64,000 nucleotides of DNA from the NCBI GenBank assembly GCA_002633005.1, contig NMRA01000181.1, positions 692,959 through 756,958 of the forward strand. Direction: 5' to 3'. The position numbers were made by a program, and so were the translations under genes. The stretch comes from Phoronis australis. Lineage: Eukaryota > Animalia > Phoronida. Under the pieces are notes generated by a model, which made no database searches, had not been told where the DNA came from, and saw only the letters and a list, made by a program, of their open reading frames with translations. Of this stretch, positions 25,669 to 37,200 are shown piece by piece. Numbering within the stretch: the stretch's first letter is position 1; the number at the start of each line of letters is the position of its first letter.

Positions 25669-27585
25669 TTCGCCGGCTATTTTGTTACCAACGTTAGGAA
25701 TTCGAGCCCCTCATGTTGAAGGCTGGGTGCGCAATAAAAAAATTACACTGAACAAAAAATTTCACCTGATTGCTCAAATGAATATTCAATTCCAAGTTAA
25801 AGCATACGCGATCTTGAGATTAAGCAGGATTACAAGAGTTAGCGCATAGCAAACCAGCTCAAACAGGGTTTCTGTTTACCAATGGACGCTAGGTGTCGTT
25901 GAGCGTACAGGTACATCAAGAACTTGAATTGGGCGATGCCATTGTTGCGGCAAGGTAATAAGGTTGTAGCGCCTCAAATGGCTGTGGCTTGAAAATGCCA
26001 CATTGAATGAACCCAAAGCTAGATATACAAAGGTTGGACTTGAATAGTCAACTCGCTTGTGATACTCCGACGTACTGACTACTGACCCCGCCATTGTATT
26101 GTTGTATGAGAATGGACTCGTCCAATTAAGATAAGGTATACTGTACCTGCGCATAGAATCGATTTTTATTGATAGTAAACAGTCGACAAAATGGCGACCG
26201 TATTTTATAGGTAGTACAAGGAAGACTGGTTACTCAGGAATATTTTCCAGATCCCTGCTGGTCAGGTGATAATGAAACGTTGATCTAAGCACCATGGGTT
26301 ATTTTAATTTTCTGAAACACGTCCATGTAATCGGTATTCTCGCTGTTCTTCACCTGATTACTACAAAGGTGAGTGCAAAGAGAATTAAACTCCCCGCCAG
26401 TGTTTTGTCCTGGGATAGGACTGAGGTCTGTCATTGTTTCCTTTGTGTTCGGGGTTTTGTTGCTTTGTTTTACTCGGACTTCTTGTCTTGGTCATTAGAA
26501 ATATTATATCACTCAATTTCTGTTATATTTTATCAAATCATACCACACTTTATAACACGTGATGGGGGCTCTGTTCTAGCAAGCAACTGTTCTGGAGGGG
26601 GACCTATCCCTAGGGACAACNTTCGCCGGCCATTTTGTTACCAACGTTAGGAATTAGAGCCCCCCCCATGTTGAAGGCTGGGTGCGCAATAAAAAATTAC
26701 ATTGAACAAAAAATTTCACCTGATTGCTCAAATGAATATTCAATTCCAAGTTATAACATACGCGATCTTGAGATTAAGCAGGATTACAAGAGTTACCGCA
26801 CAGCAAACCAACTTAAACAGGGTTTCTGTTTACCAACGGACGCTAGGTGTCGTTGGGCGTACAGGTACATCAAGAACTTGAGTTGGGCGATGCCATTGTT
26901 GCGGCAAGGTAATAAGGTTGTAGCGCCTCAAATGGCTGTGGCTTGAAAATGTTAGGTATATGCCACATTGAATGAACCCAAAGCTAGATATACAAAGGTT
27001 GGACTTGAATAGTCAACTCGCTTGTGATAGTTCGACGTACTGACTACTGACCCCGCCATTGTATTGTTGTATGAAAATGGACTCGTCCAATTAAGATAAG
27101 GTATACTGTACCTGCGCATAGAATCGATTTTTATTGATAGTAAACAGTCGACAAAATGGCGACCGTATTTTATAGGTAGTACAAGGAAGACTTGTTACTC
27201 AGGAATATCTTCCAAATCCCTGCTGGTCAGGTGATGATGAAACGTTGATCTAAGCACCATGGGTTATTTTAATTTTCTGAAACACGTCCATGTAATCGGT
27301 TTTCTCGCTGTTCTTCACCTGATTACTACAAAGGTGAGTGCAAAGAGAATTAAACTCCCCGCCAGTGTTTTGTCCTGGGATAGGACTGAGGTCTGTCATT
27401 GTTTCCTTTGATTTCGGGGTTTTGTCGCTTTGTTTTACTCTGACTTCTTGTCTTGGTCATTAGAAATATTATATCACTCAATTTCTGTTATATTTTATCA
27501 GATCATACCGCACTTTATAACACGTGAAGGGGGCTCTGTTCTAGCAAGCAACTGTTCTGGAGGGGGGCCTATCCCTAGGGACAAC
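25669..27585. repeat. Tandem block 25669-26620 / 26622-27585 joined by a single N, duplicating the promoter and exon 1 of the TPM/MOLO-1-like gene
   Basis: N at 26621; copies differ by SNPs and small indels, including one Ile/Phe codon in the signal-peptide exon. Confidence 0.9.
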
Positions 27586-30500
27586 TAGACCGCCAACTCG
27601 GGTGGGTATTGTCTCGATCGGTACCTCCCACCATTTTTAAAAGAGAAGACGGATGACCATGTGTTGATCGAGGGGAGCAAACTTGCTCACCAGTAATATC
27701 GTAACTGTATAGCCTCTGTCCAGGAAACGTGACTTCACCGTAATTCAGAAGAAAGCCAGCCAATGGAACAGGTCCCTAATTCTTATCCAAGTCTATATAT
27801 TCGTACACGTGTCAATTTATTGATATAAGTGTTCCAAAACTGGTTCATTTTCTAAAGTAATGATTAAAATCACAAAAAATTATGTCATTTTTATGTAAAA
27901 TGACTCGATGTTGCATGACATTTATACATGAAAGAGAGAATTAAGCCCAAGGTACTTGACCTGAAAAGCTCTCCATTCAGCAAGGTCAAGGCGTGAGAAT
28001 CCATAAAGATGCTTAGCGTAATAAACCCACCTGCTTTCAAAGCATACTAACTGTTGATGTAGTAATCTTGCCGGGATAAAACTGGAATCGACTTGTTTTT
28101 TTTTTGTTCACGTTAGGAGTAATTTCTGGTTTTGGAAAGGCTATTACAGTTTTGTTCAGTTATTGCTCGAGACCAGGTTCAACAATTAGGTGACTTGATC
28201 CCGCGGATCATTTATGCACCGAGCACCTTCTCAACCAATAATGAAGTGCCAAATCTTACCAGACACGATTTTCTAACGAAAAGTGGCTTAACTAAAAATT
28301 AATATTTTGGTTTATAAACACAATTTCAGATAGCTACTCTACTTTCATGTAGACTAAGCATTGATGATTTTTGATATAGAAATCATTCTTGCTGTGCCAA
28401 TATCAAAAATCAATTATGCTTTGCAAGCACGTACTAGTAGAAATTGTGACTACTTAATTTATTATTTTTTGTCTTGCCGAAGGTGACAGGGGTGTCGCCA
28501 ACAGACAACTGTGGATTGGGATTAGTGGCAGCATGGTGGCAGTCTATTTCTACGTTGGATCTAAATGAGTATCGCAAACTAAGTGTAAATGAACTTTGTT
28601 TACACATAGGATTTGGATAACAGCGACATAACAGCGCGTGGCAAGTCATGGCAACAAATCCTTGTCGTTTGTTTATTTAGGCTCTTTATAAGGCTATTCG
28701 AATTCCTGATTACTTTATGCGTGATGTTTGTTATCCACTTTTCAATTATTTGGATATTAAATAGCCTGTCACAGTGATAAGAACACGCTGCATTTCTTGT
28801 AATGCGCCAACAATCATACCGGGTTGTTTGGTTTCACCAAATATTGTTTTACCTGTCTTCTGTGAAAATAATATTTTTCGGCCACTCACCGTACGATCAT
28901 CGATAAAGTTTAAACTTGTTCCTTACTCAGATTAGAATCGATTTACTTCTGGGCTTGGAAAAAAGTGACAGCCAGATGCACGAGGCTGTGCTAGGCGCAA
29001 AAATCAACCGCCGAGCCAATGGTCCCGATTGAACAAGGCGAAATGTCAGCTTTTTCCAAGCACAGGCATGACCAAGTCTGAAGAGAGAACGGCGATTTAA
29101 ATCAAAAATAGTTTGTTGGATTTCTACCCAACTTGTTTTCAACATACACTCGTGTTATTAGTAACGCCCTGTTCATATTCATAAAATTCATTTGGGTCGT
29201 ATTTTTCTTAGGCCGAGACAGTGACGTCATACTCATCATGCAATTCAACCAGTCAAGAATTTAATGGATACACGTACACGCTTGATGCTAACGGAGATAA
29301 AGTGTGGTCTCACTGTGGATTCCCCAACCCCCTGTTCGACAAGCAACGGTGCGGATGGCCCCTCAATGACCAGGTTGCCAAGAGATACGTATGCGACCCT
29401 GACGGCGTTTTGGAGGATATAGACAGTACGGTTATTATGACCTGATCTGCACGTCTTCGTTTAGCTAAATATTTGAAGAATGATAAATTTATCTCGATAA
29501 AAATGCATGTATTTGATAGTAAAGTCGCGTAGATCATAACGTGGAGCTCTTTAATTATCGCAACCATTAATCGAGCGAAGAATCAATGCAGTTTAGGAAA
29601 ATTTAGGAATTAGAAAAGTACGTTCGTAGCAACACAGTAGTATCAACAAGATGACCTAATTAAATGAGACGAACTTTTCAAAACGCTGTTACAGTTGACT
29701 AATAATCATCATTTCTGATATATTTCATTCCAGATATTTTTTCATAATTTACGCGAAAGTGTAGCCTAATATTTTTAATTTCTAAAACGGTTGGAGGGTA
29801 ACACAGCTTCTGAAAATTTCGTTTGAATCTGATCAGTAGTTTCTGAGACATGATGCTCCGAAATGAGATAAATTTTGAGATTTTTCAGGTTCCTGGTGCA
29901 TACCTTTCACTCTTATGGTCTTTGGTATCTGCTTTTCACTTACTTCCGGGCGATTTACATATGACAAGAATTAGATATTAACTCGCAGTGTAAATTGGAC
30001 AAAAGCCACGAACTTTGAAGTGTTATGCTAACTAGTCTGAAAGTATCGTTTCATTATTACTTGGTGAAACATAAAGCAATGTCATCGTTATTTGGAAAGG
30101 GTTCCAAATGTATGAAACTGTTTTTCGTGAAAGAGTCTGCCACTGTCTGCTTACGACAGTTGGACAAAAGCGAACATGGTCCACAATGCATTAGTAATGT
30201 GTTATAAGACCTGCAGTTCACTCCGGCAATGCACATTTCAAAAATAGGGGTTTGCTTTCTATACCAGGACCCCGTTTTTATCAAAGTTGTTTTTATCAAA
30301 GTTCGTAGATCGGTCGTTAGCAAGTTATTGGGAAGTCGACGATGCATTTTTCGCAAGAGTTAAACATCGCTAATGATGTAAACGTAATCGCAGTGAACAG
30401 TCACGTTAAAAGCCCAGCTTCGTAAAGTACATTCAAGAATCGTTTGCCAATGAAAAATTAAAGGTACCACCTTCTAAGCTACTATCGGACTTGCGTACTT

Positions 30501-32605
30501 TGTTAAAACGAGCCCATGAAAAGTGTGCCTCTTGTCAGCGATGTATCTTTGATATGATATTTTCTCAGTTGCAAAGATAGATGAGGCCTTGAAGGAATTT
30601 GGCAACGCGTCCGCACGACAGTGTAATCAAGAAAATTCGATCGCCGCCTTCGTGGTGGTTAAGAAAGCCAGAGTCGCAGATGCTGGAAATGATAAAGTGT
30701 AAGTATATTTTGGCTTCACCTGGCTTCACAAACACGATTAATTGAGAATCTTGTATTGTGCGCTCTACTCAGAAACGACTGTAAAATCGACGCAGCATTT
30801 TCTGTTTCTGACATGCCACTTCAACCCATTTTGTAGCATTAGTTACATGGTATAACATTATAATATTTTGTTTTTTGAAAACTGATACATTTTTATTGAC
30901 ACGTTGTCTCGGTGTTGGTAGTGAAACTTGTTTTCAGGTGGCAAATTAACACGAATGATTATTAATTATGGGGCCGGTTTTATGAGAGTGAACACCTCTT
31001 AATTCGATTTTTGTTTTAACGAGAAACAGGTCGAACTACAGCTTTAAATGAAACTAGGGTACGGAACATATATTCACCAATTTCAAAATTTGCGCATTTT
31101 AGGTGCGTCAACAAATGCGGAGAGATTCACCCTTCGGCCGTAACGTCGTCAGAAAGCAACGTGGAAGCAACTCTTGAAAATTTTGCGTACAACATTCGTC
31201 GACAATGGAAGCTGGGCTCTTGTCAGAACGATATGATTATTTTCTACTGGCACCAGCAAAACAAGGTACCTTCTGGCTGAAAGATAAATAAGCTTGTTTG
31301 TGAATCGAGAAACATTTAACCCCGATTTATAACAATTTCGAAGTAGAGAATTTGGCAATGTTTCCCAAATTTGGAGGTTGCGTAGGTGAAAGTTTACCGC
31401 ATACAGTATACTCGAGTATTTATGTCAATGCCCTAATATCTGAAACGATGCGTCTTTCAGAGAATTTTTGTTCAAGTGTTTTGCATATAAGAGCATGGGC
31501 TTGAAGTTCACTTATAAGCCCTGGCTACTAATCTCCGTCCATACGCATTTTCCAAACATGACGTTTTTGTCCCTCTTTATCAATTTTCATTTAGTAGTTA
31601 GCGTCAACTTTTACACATCGTGTGTCAATTTTCCCCAGTTTTACTCAAGTGTTTTAAATAAAGGCCCACGCGCCTAATTCTCGAAAGTCTTACAACCTCC
31701 CGATGTACAGCTGCACGCACAGTTGCGTAGTCCTGCATGCACGGGTATACGGCAATAGCTGGCCAAGAAGGTCGCTCAACCTCCATGGCCGTAACGAAAG
31801 ACACTTGCGAGACAACTGCGGTGAGAAATCTTGGCTCGGGGATTCCAGCTTACTCGAAAAATACTCGCCTGTGGCCTTGCGTGGTCTTACTTTTCGAGCA
31901 AAACGTGCTACTTTGCGGGTTTGCAAAGTGGCTAGTGACGAACGCACAAACTGCCGTAAAACTTATGTATTTAGTGAAACAGGCCTCCAAAATATTGCTT
32001 ATTAAAAATGAATATGAAACTAGATTTTAAGTTACGATGATCACTGCAGATCATGGTCATTTTGTCTGTTCCATAAACAAGAAATTGGAAACGCAATTTT
32101 CAGTACGTGCATAACTCCCAAGTAACATATATCATTTCAGATGTATATTTCCTACGGAGACAAAATCACCAATTTCGTACCACAGAAGACAATGTCTGCA
32201 TCGATCACAACTGCGCAAGATTCTCTATCAAAGAACGACTCGTCGTCGCACGTCGCTTCCGCCATGGAGGCCATGTTGAAAGCCTTCCAACCTACGTTCT
32301 CACTCACTCAGCCGGCCACCATCTTGTTCATCCTCAACTTTTGTGTAATGTTTGTGGTGGCTATGTTCCTCGTAGCATTCACTAGCATGAGCAGAAAAGA
32401 GTATGACGTATGGGGCTCTGAACTACAATGGCGTATCCTGAGTAAAGTACTGTACTATATGAGCGGGCTGTGGGTGATTGAGATGATATTCAAAGGAGTT
32501 CTTTGGGTGCAAAACCAGTCGCTTGTCGTCGTGTTGGTAGTTCCTTTAACATTGTGCGGTCTCTGTCTTATCGGTTTCGTCGTTGTCATCTTGCAAAGTG
32601 GTTGA
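27259..32605 (+). CDS. MOLO-1/TPM-domain-like membrane protein, ~348 aa; exons 27259-27333 (allelic copy 26294-26368), 29212-29425, 30569-30698, 31103-31265, 32141-32605
   Basis: Five GT-AG exons join in frame (phases 0,1,2,0; 1047 nt): signal-peptide-like MGYFNFLKHVHVIGFLAVLHLITTKAE; FPNPLFDKQRCG...YVCDPDGVL...IAKIDEAL...AAFVVVKK...FAYNIRRQWKLGSCQNDMIIFY...MYISYGDKI, matching the xPNP..D...C....CDPDG.L / FA..L...W..G.C pattern of the MOLO-1/TPM family; three hydrophobic stretches at the C-terminus. Confidence 0.85.
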
Positions 32606-33998
32606 AGTGAAGAAGATTTTCGTCTGCTGTGGAATCTGATATGACGTACTACGCGATAACTTGGTATATTGCCTCTATTCAGGGGCACGTTTAAAAAGTT
32701 TATATGCAATTATATTTTACTACATTTGTATTTTTACACTTATATGGAATACATGACATTTCAAATGCACTTTTCACTAATGTACATACATACATAAAGA
32801 AATCGATTGTCAGTTTTGAAATTTTTCTAACGATGAATCGGAACTGTCAGATTTATTTGAAATGACTAGCTATTCACGAGGAAGAGCGACTTTTGTCAAC
32901 CGATACTTTACTTTGTGTTGGGGCTGTATGTAAGATACCTAGTCTCAAGTGGGTCCATTATGCGCATAATTCAAGTAAGGAATTCTATATTAACTTGTAC
33001 AAAAGCACAACACAATCATCTCGGACATAAACATTTAAGTCTGTTTCCAACGCAGGCCTACTCGATAAGGAAGCTTTGTAGACTTCCAACACAATATTTA
33101 TTCCATGCGACTTGCCTCTGCTTGCTCTGGAGAGCCTCAGTCGGTAAGTTTGCTGTTGCTGTTGCTCCAAGATATACGAGGCGAGAAATGTGATTTTTTT
33201 ATAATCAGTGCCGAGCGCGGAATCTACTGTATTTAACGGGTAGACAGCGGACTCCATTTCAGCGAATGTCTGGCAGACATCAAACAACGGAATTTGTTGT
33301 TTTTAGCTCAACGTAAAGCGCATAACATCAAGAAGTCTACCCATCCAACATAATCACAAAAACGCGTTTTTCGGCCGTGAAAACAATAATTTCTCTTCAA
33401 CTGACGAACAGCCGCGAGCACGAGTAGCAAGCCGCACGGATTTATGTTAACAACACAAACAAGTACATACTTTGCTCAGCCGAGAAATTTAAAATTCTTC
33501 TCTCACGCACGCTTGACCCACTCACGGATTCAAATTCCCGCGATCCAGCTGAGGCAACAACACACTTCTCGCTTCTCACTCATCAGTGGACATGATTTTC
33601 TTTGCTTAGTCGCGAACAGACCAGCTCAGCTCCCACTCGACCCTGGCCTGCACGCCGTTAATGAAATAGCATACGGCGTTTTCCCGTTGCTCCCAACTTG
33701 TTCGATTCTATATATAGCCCAACAACAAGTTGGGAAGTTTACCCCTGTAGCCAATGTCTTACACGACTGATTAACTCCGTTCTGGTATTTATGTTGGAGG
33801 GACAGTTCTGTTTTGTTCGATAACTGCTCTAATCTCCGATCAAATCGTATCTAGCTTGACTGGGCTGTGCTGCTAAAAATGAAAGTTAAGTTATAACATA
33901 TTTGAACATAAACCAATAGCATTTCTGAATTTCTTGTCAAATGCTGATCATGTTTAGTTTTTGAATCACCAAAATCGCCCAACTACAACAGAATTTAA

Positions 33999-34234
33999 CA
34001 GTGGCAGATCTACGATTTCAGTAAGAGGGGGGGGGTTAGGATTCGAGAGAATCCGAGGCGCGTAGCGCCGAGGAGAAGGAAGGTCGCGAGAGGGTTTCCC
34101 TCCCGTGTAAGATTTTTTGGGATTTTTAGTAGCTAATTTCGTTTTTCTGGCGATTTTTTCCAGTTTTTATTTTTGATCCTGTCCCGAGGGGGGGGGTTTA
34201 AACCCCCTGAACCCCCCCTGTAGATCCGCCTCTG
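33999..34234. mobile_element. MITE with CAGTGGCAGATCTAC / GTAGATCCGCCTCTG termini
   Basis: 15-bp imperfect TIRs; flanks TTTAA / GTTAA fit a 5-bp TSD with one mismatch. Confidence 0.7.
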
Positions 34235-37200
34235 GTTAAGACAATCCATTCTGCCAGGTTTCAGTAATCCTTTGAAACCTGAGAGATGATTGGCCTGCTT
34301 GTTATCATACGGGACAAATGACTGTGCTGGGCAGTAAACGAAGGAGCCTGATGTTATCGCACGTTCAGAACCCCTCACGTCTGGAAAAGTTCAGAGCTGA
34401 ACGACAGAACGCCGTCATGAAGGCATATTCCCTTGCTGCGCACCACTCAGGCGAGCATAAAATTCTTCACTCACGCACGTTATTCCTCTATCATGGATAC
34501 AAGTCAGCCATCCACACCGAGTTGTCGATTGCGTCTTTGGATACATTTCTTTTTTGGCAACTTTTTATCAGACAAGTTTTTCGATTTTAGAGGCCAGCTA
34601 ACAGGGACTACCTCTGCTCCCGCACTTAGGTTCTGAGTCTGCAAACACCCTTCTGTACCCTCGCACGCCGTTCCCTTCTCTTGCGCCCCCTCGCTTAACT
34701 CGTTTCCTACTCTCGCGCCACTTCGCTCAAGGCACCAAGTCATCCCAGCCTGCGCGCCTCTCGGGCTGTATAAAATTCTTCTCTCGGTTCTCCAGATATC
34801 ATTCCGAAACGCACTATCTCAAAACACTGAAATTCCCGCCGCTCTGGTCCTGGAGCGGAGCATACAGGTGATGCTCTAAAGCATTGTGCAAAATTTCATG
34901 AAGGTCTGACCGGAGTTTTTTGAGACATCGAGCAGGACAGGACGACGACAATATGTCACTACATATACTTGCACGTGGGCCTATAATCCTATGCCTAAAA
35001 AGTCTCAAATTTAGCTAGGTTGTCAGTTTAATATCTTAGGTCGCTAATCTTCCACAAGGTTGTGATGGACTGCTGGCACTTCCTTTCTGAAAGTTGAGAA
35101 CTGACAACTTAGCGACTCGTTCAAGGAAGTTGTGGTTCCCTGCTAACGTTTCAAGTAAATGTGCCTTTCGAAATAACAGTCCAGTGAAATAGGGGTTGAC
35201 GTATCAATCCAGAATGATTCTAGTGAAAATTGTCGTTACTCGCTTATTTTCTCCAAATTCAGATTTTAAGTGATGATATATCTGCCTCAGTGACGCGATT
35301 TGGACCCATAAATCCACAGTCGCATTATATTTTCCGAAATTTTTCCAGGTCTTGAAATTTTTCGGTTCAGGTAACCACTGGGATAACTTTAGCACTTGGA
35401 ATTTTTACGAAATTTTGTGTTTGTATAAATCGATGTGCTCCAACAACGGTGGTACGCATCGTATGCTCCCGGGGAGTTGAGAAGGATTAAGATTGACCGG
35501 GTACATGGCCAAGAAATGATAATCGAAGCGCTACGTAAATCCAGCCACATTATTATTATTATTATTATTGTTTTTAATTTTGGCATTTTATTTCAATATC
35601 TGACTAGGTCCAAAACGTTAAAATGACGTCATACTAAACAAGCGGAATGTGTCTTAACTAGTCACGTGATGTTGAAGCACAGTGAGATGTTAGCATTGTT
35701 TGTCCGAAATTATCCTTTTGTGCATAAAATAAAGAATTTCAGTCCCAGGTTTACAGGGAGTCAAGTACCCTGAGTCTACACAAGACGAGAGGATTGCTCA
35801 GTCGTAACTAGAGGGTAATCTAAAAATCCAAAAAGGTGAAAACGATGCAAATGACTTTGTTATCGGAAACTCTTCCAAGAGGGATCTCTTGACATGGAAG
35901 CCAAGGATGTATATTTTTTCAAACACAGGAAAAGTGCAACAATTGATTTTATCATCAAGAACTCTTCTGAGATTTGTACGGTCCTTTGATAAGAGCTTAA
36001 GAATGTCATTTGAAAAAGAGGAAAAAAGCAGCAATTGTTGCTATGAGGGACCTATCCGTCAGATGACCACTCGTATGATATGTAATTAAAAAAACAGGCA
36101 AAGAACAACTGATGATTCTTTATCATCCCTTGCCGGGGAGGATCGAAGAAGGAGCGAAGTCAGTCTTACGAGAATTCTGTCCTATCCATCGCAGCGCCCT
36201 CATGTAACCTGTAGCAGCTATTGGTTGAGCAATCCCAGGCATTGTGGGAATTCTACTGAATGTGTCTTTTTTGTTTTTTGTTATTCTTACATTCTTGTTT
36301 TGAAAATCAATACAATTTGATGCATATACATAGCCTTTTGTAAATTAATCCATCTCAAAATGCTGACTCTGATACTTTTTGTGGCGCAAAATGACACTGC
36401 GAACAAATGTTAATGATCGTTGAGTTTATTTTTACGCAATAGAATGGCAACAGTTGTTCCAAAGAAAAGTCGAGCCATGCATCAGACAAGGAATACCCTC
36501 GCACTCACGCATATCGTACGTATGCCTCTGTACGTCAATATGTTAGCTAACTCAATGCCAGGTATAAGTTTTGGCTAAAACGAACGAGATTTCAGACATG
36601 ATATTAAAACGTTTAATAGATAAAAATTATAGTTTTCATAATTAATGGATTTAGGGAGGGGAAGCGATAGGGGCCGCTCCCCGCCCTCGAGCTCACGGGC
36701 ATGACCAAGATAAAAATGGGCTCGGAAAGTCACCTTTAGGCCGGTCACAAAAGTTTATCCTTTGACAACTGCGGTGGCCCATCAAGCCCCTAGCTAAATC
36801 CTAGACCTGTCAATGACGGCTAATCGTTTAGTGGGCTTGTGTTTCACCAAAGGGGGTATTCATCGGCGTTTTAATGTTTTAGATCTGAAAGACAATTTTC
36901 AAAGATTCCTTTTCTTTGCTGAAAGCGGTGCTGAAAGTCGGCTAATCAAGATTAAGCGTTTATTACTGCACTATCACAATGTTTCAAACTGTTTTATTTC
37001 TGCAACCTAACATTCATAAATTTCACGCGACAGTTGCTACCTTTTGACAATTGCCGGAATTCGCATTAAAACGATTTGTAAGTTGTTCCCTCGGGTTAAT
37101 AAGAAAATATGCATGAACGGCGAGTGGAGTTTAACCCCCTAATAACCAACCTCTGTCACAAAAACCTTTTGTCGCTTTTTTGTGACGAGGAAGTTTAGAG

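Noticed and set aside
26294-26650. 118-aa ORF as a separate gene
   Set aside because: Only the first 25 codons are exon (donor at 26369); the rest is intron read-through in a haplotype duplicate.
31690-32030. Three overlapping 85-100-aa ORFs
   Set aside because: Intronic in the TPM-like gene, whose flanking exons already join in frame; no motifs.
36085-36210. Pol III ncRNA (7SK/U6atac-like) downstream of the ZNF143-like site, ending in a T-run on the minus strand
   Set aside because: No match to conserved motifs of 7SK, U6, U6atac or other snRNAs that I can recognise; an Rfam scan would settle it.
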